From Blastocystis sp. Blastoise (Eukaryota; Protista; Bigyra: Opalinata), in NCBI GenBank assembly GCA_039096225.1, contig JBBPEB010000011.1, positions 620,001 to 684,000 of the forward strand: 64,000 nt of DNA, given 5' to 3'. Below are positions 63,218 through 64,000 of the stretch, one piece after another. Under the pieces are notes generated by a model. That model ran no database searches. It was given only the letters and a program-made list of their open reading frames with translations, and was not told the origin of the DNA. The translations under genes and the position numbers were made by a program. The first letter of the stretch is position 1. Each line of letters starts with the position of its first letter.

Positions 63218-64000
63218 ACTAATTCAGTAAAAAAGAAAAAATATTCAATAACTATTAGAAAGCCTTGGACAACTAGAAAAAATAAAAACCATAGAAATCT
63301 CATGAACTTCCCTCAAAAACAGAAAATTTCTATTTTATTGGGTAAACTCGATTCATTAAGAATAATCGTTAATATCACGAATATGCTTGAGTAGATAGAG
63401 TAAAAAACAAAATAATAGTGAATATCAATCTCTGATCTTTTTACCTGTTTATTGTTTGGACACATTTAGTTTCTCTTTGTGGCTTATGTGTATTGCACTG
63501 TAGTTCGAAGTAGAGTCCAGTTAGAGAGATTTTATTTTTATTTAGAATGAGATACAACAATTAAAACATCGAATATGATTCTCTTCATTTATTTTTCATT
63601 TGAGATATGTTTTAAATCATTCAAATAACTAGAAAAGTAAGTTTAAAAAACAATTCTGAAACACACTCATTTCAAATAATATTATTACTCCTTATACATC
63701 AAATATTCTGTATTCTATTATATACTCTGTATTGTTCACAATAAAATACAGTGATTCTTATAAGGTGATATTATAAAACAAAGTATAAAAAGCAGGTTTT
63801 CATGTTTTTATGTTATGTATTATTTTCTTTAAAAAAAAATATCTCTGAGACTTATTACTTAGTTTTTGCTGTTGTTAATTAAAGCATAAGAGAAGATCTT
63901 GTCATTGATAAAAAAAAAACTTGTGCTGACAATAATCTATAAAGTATATATATATGTAACCAACAAGAAGTCCTTATAATTAAGAGAGTTTATTCAGTGT

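Overview
Very AT-rich (roughly 20% GC by eye), intron-rich eukaryotic nuclear DNA. Gene content (tandem cathepsin Z, legumain, He_PIG surface protein, SDHB, minor introns, TGTT-rich 3' elements) suggests a Blastocystis-like/opalinatan gut stramenopile; this is inference. Splicing by hand gives 13 protein-coding genes: SGF29, an FHA-SMARCAD1/Fun30-like remodeller, SDHB, PUS7, an intronless ChW-repeat protein, a WW-SH3-MyTH4-PH-RhoGAP, cathepsin L-like, legumain, double cathepsin Z, a large surface protein, PITP, an FKRP/LicD-like transferase and UTP20. The first ~7 kb is decayed: a probable non-LTR retrotransposon relic, a chimeric pseudogene holding a diverged UTP20 fragment, and a possible CACTA-like element. 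Most ORF-track entries are microsatellite artefacts. Main unexplained signals: (1) a GC-rich quasi-palindromic motif (ATTCCCGCGGTT / AACCGCGGGAAT family, core CGCG or CGTG/CACG) recurring about 20 times, mostly inside exons, in all three frames and both orientations; (2) several U12-type AT-AC introns; (3) introns bracketed by or made entirely of (TA)n, with signs of recent intron gain and one donor lacking GT. Coordinates and splice sites were read by hand and need RNA-seq confirmation.
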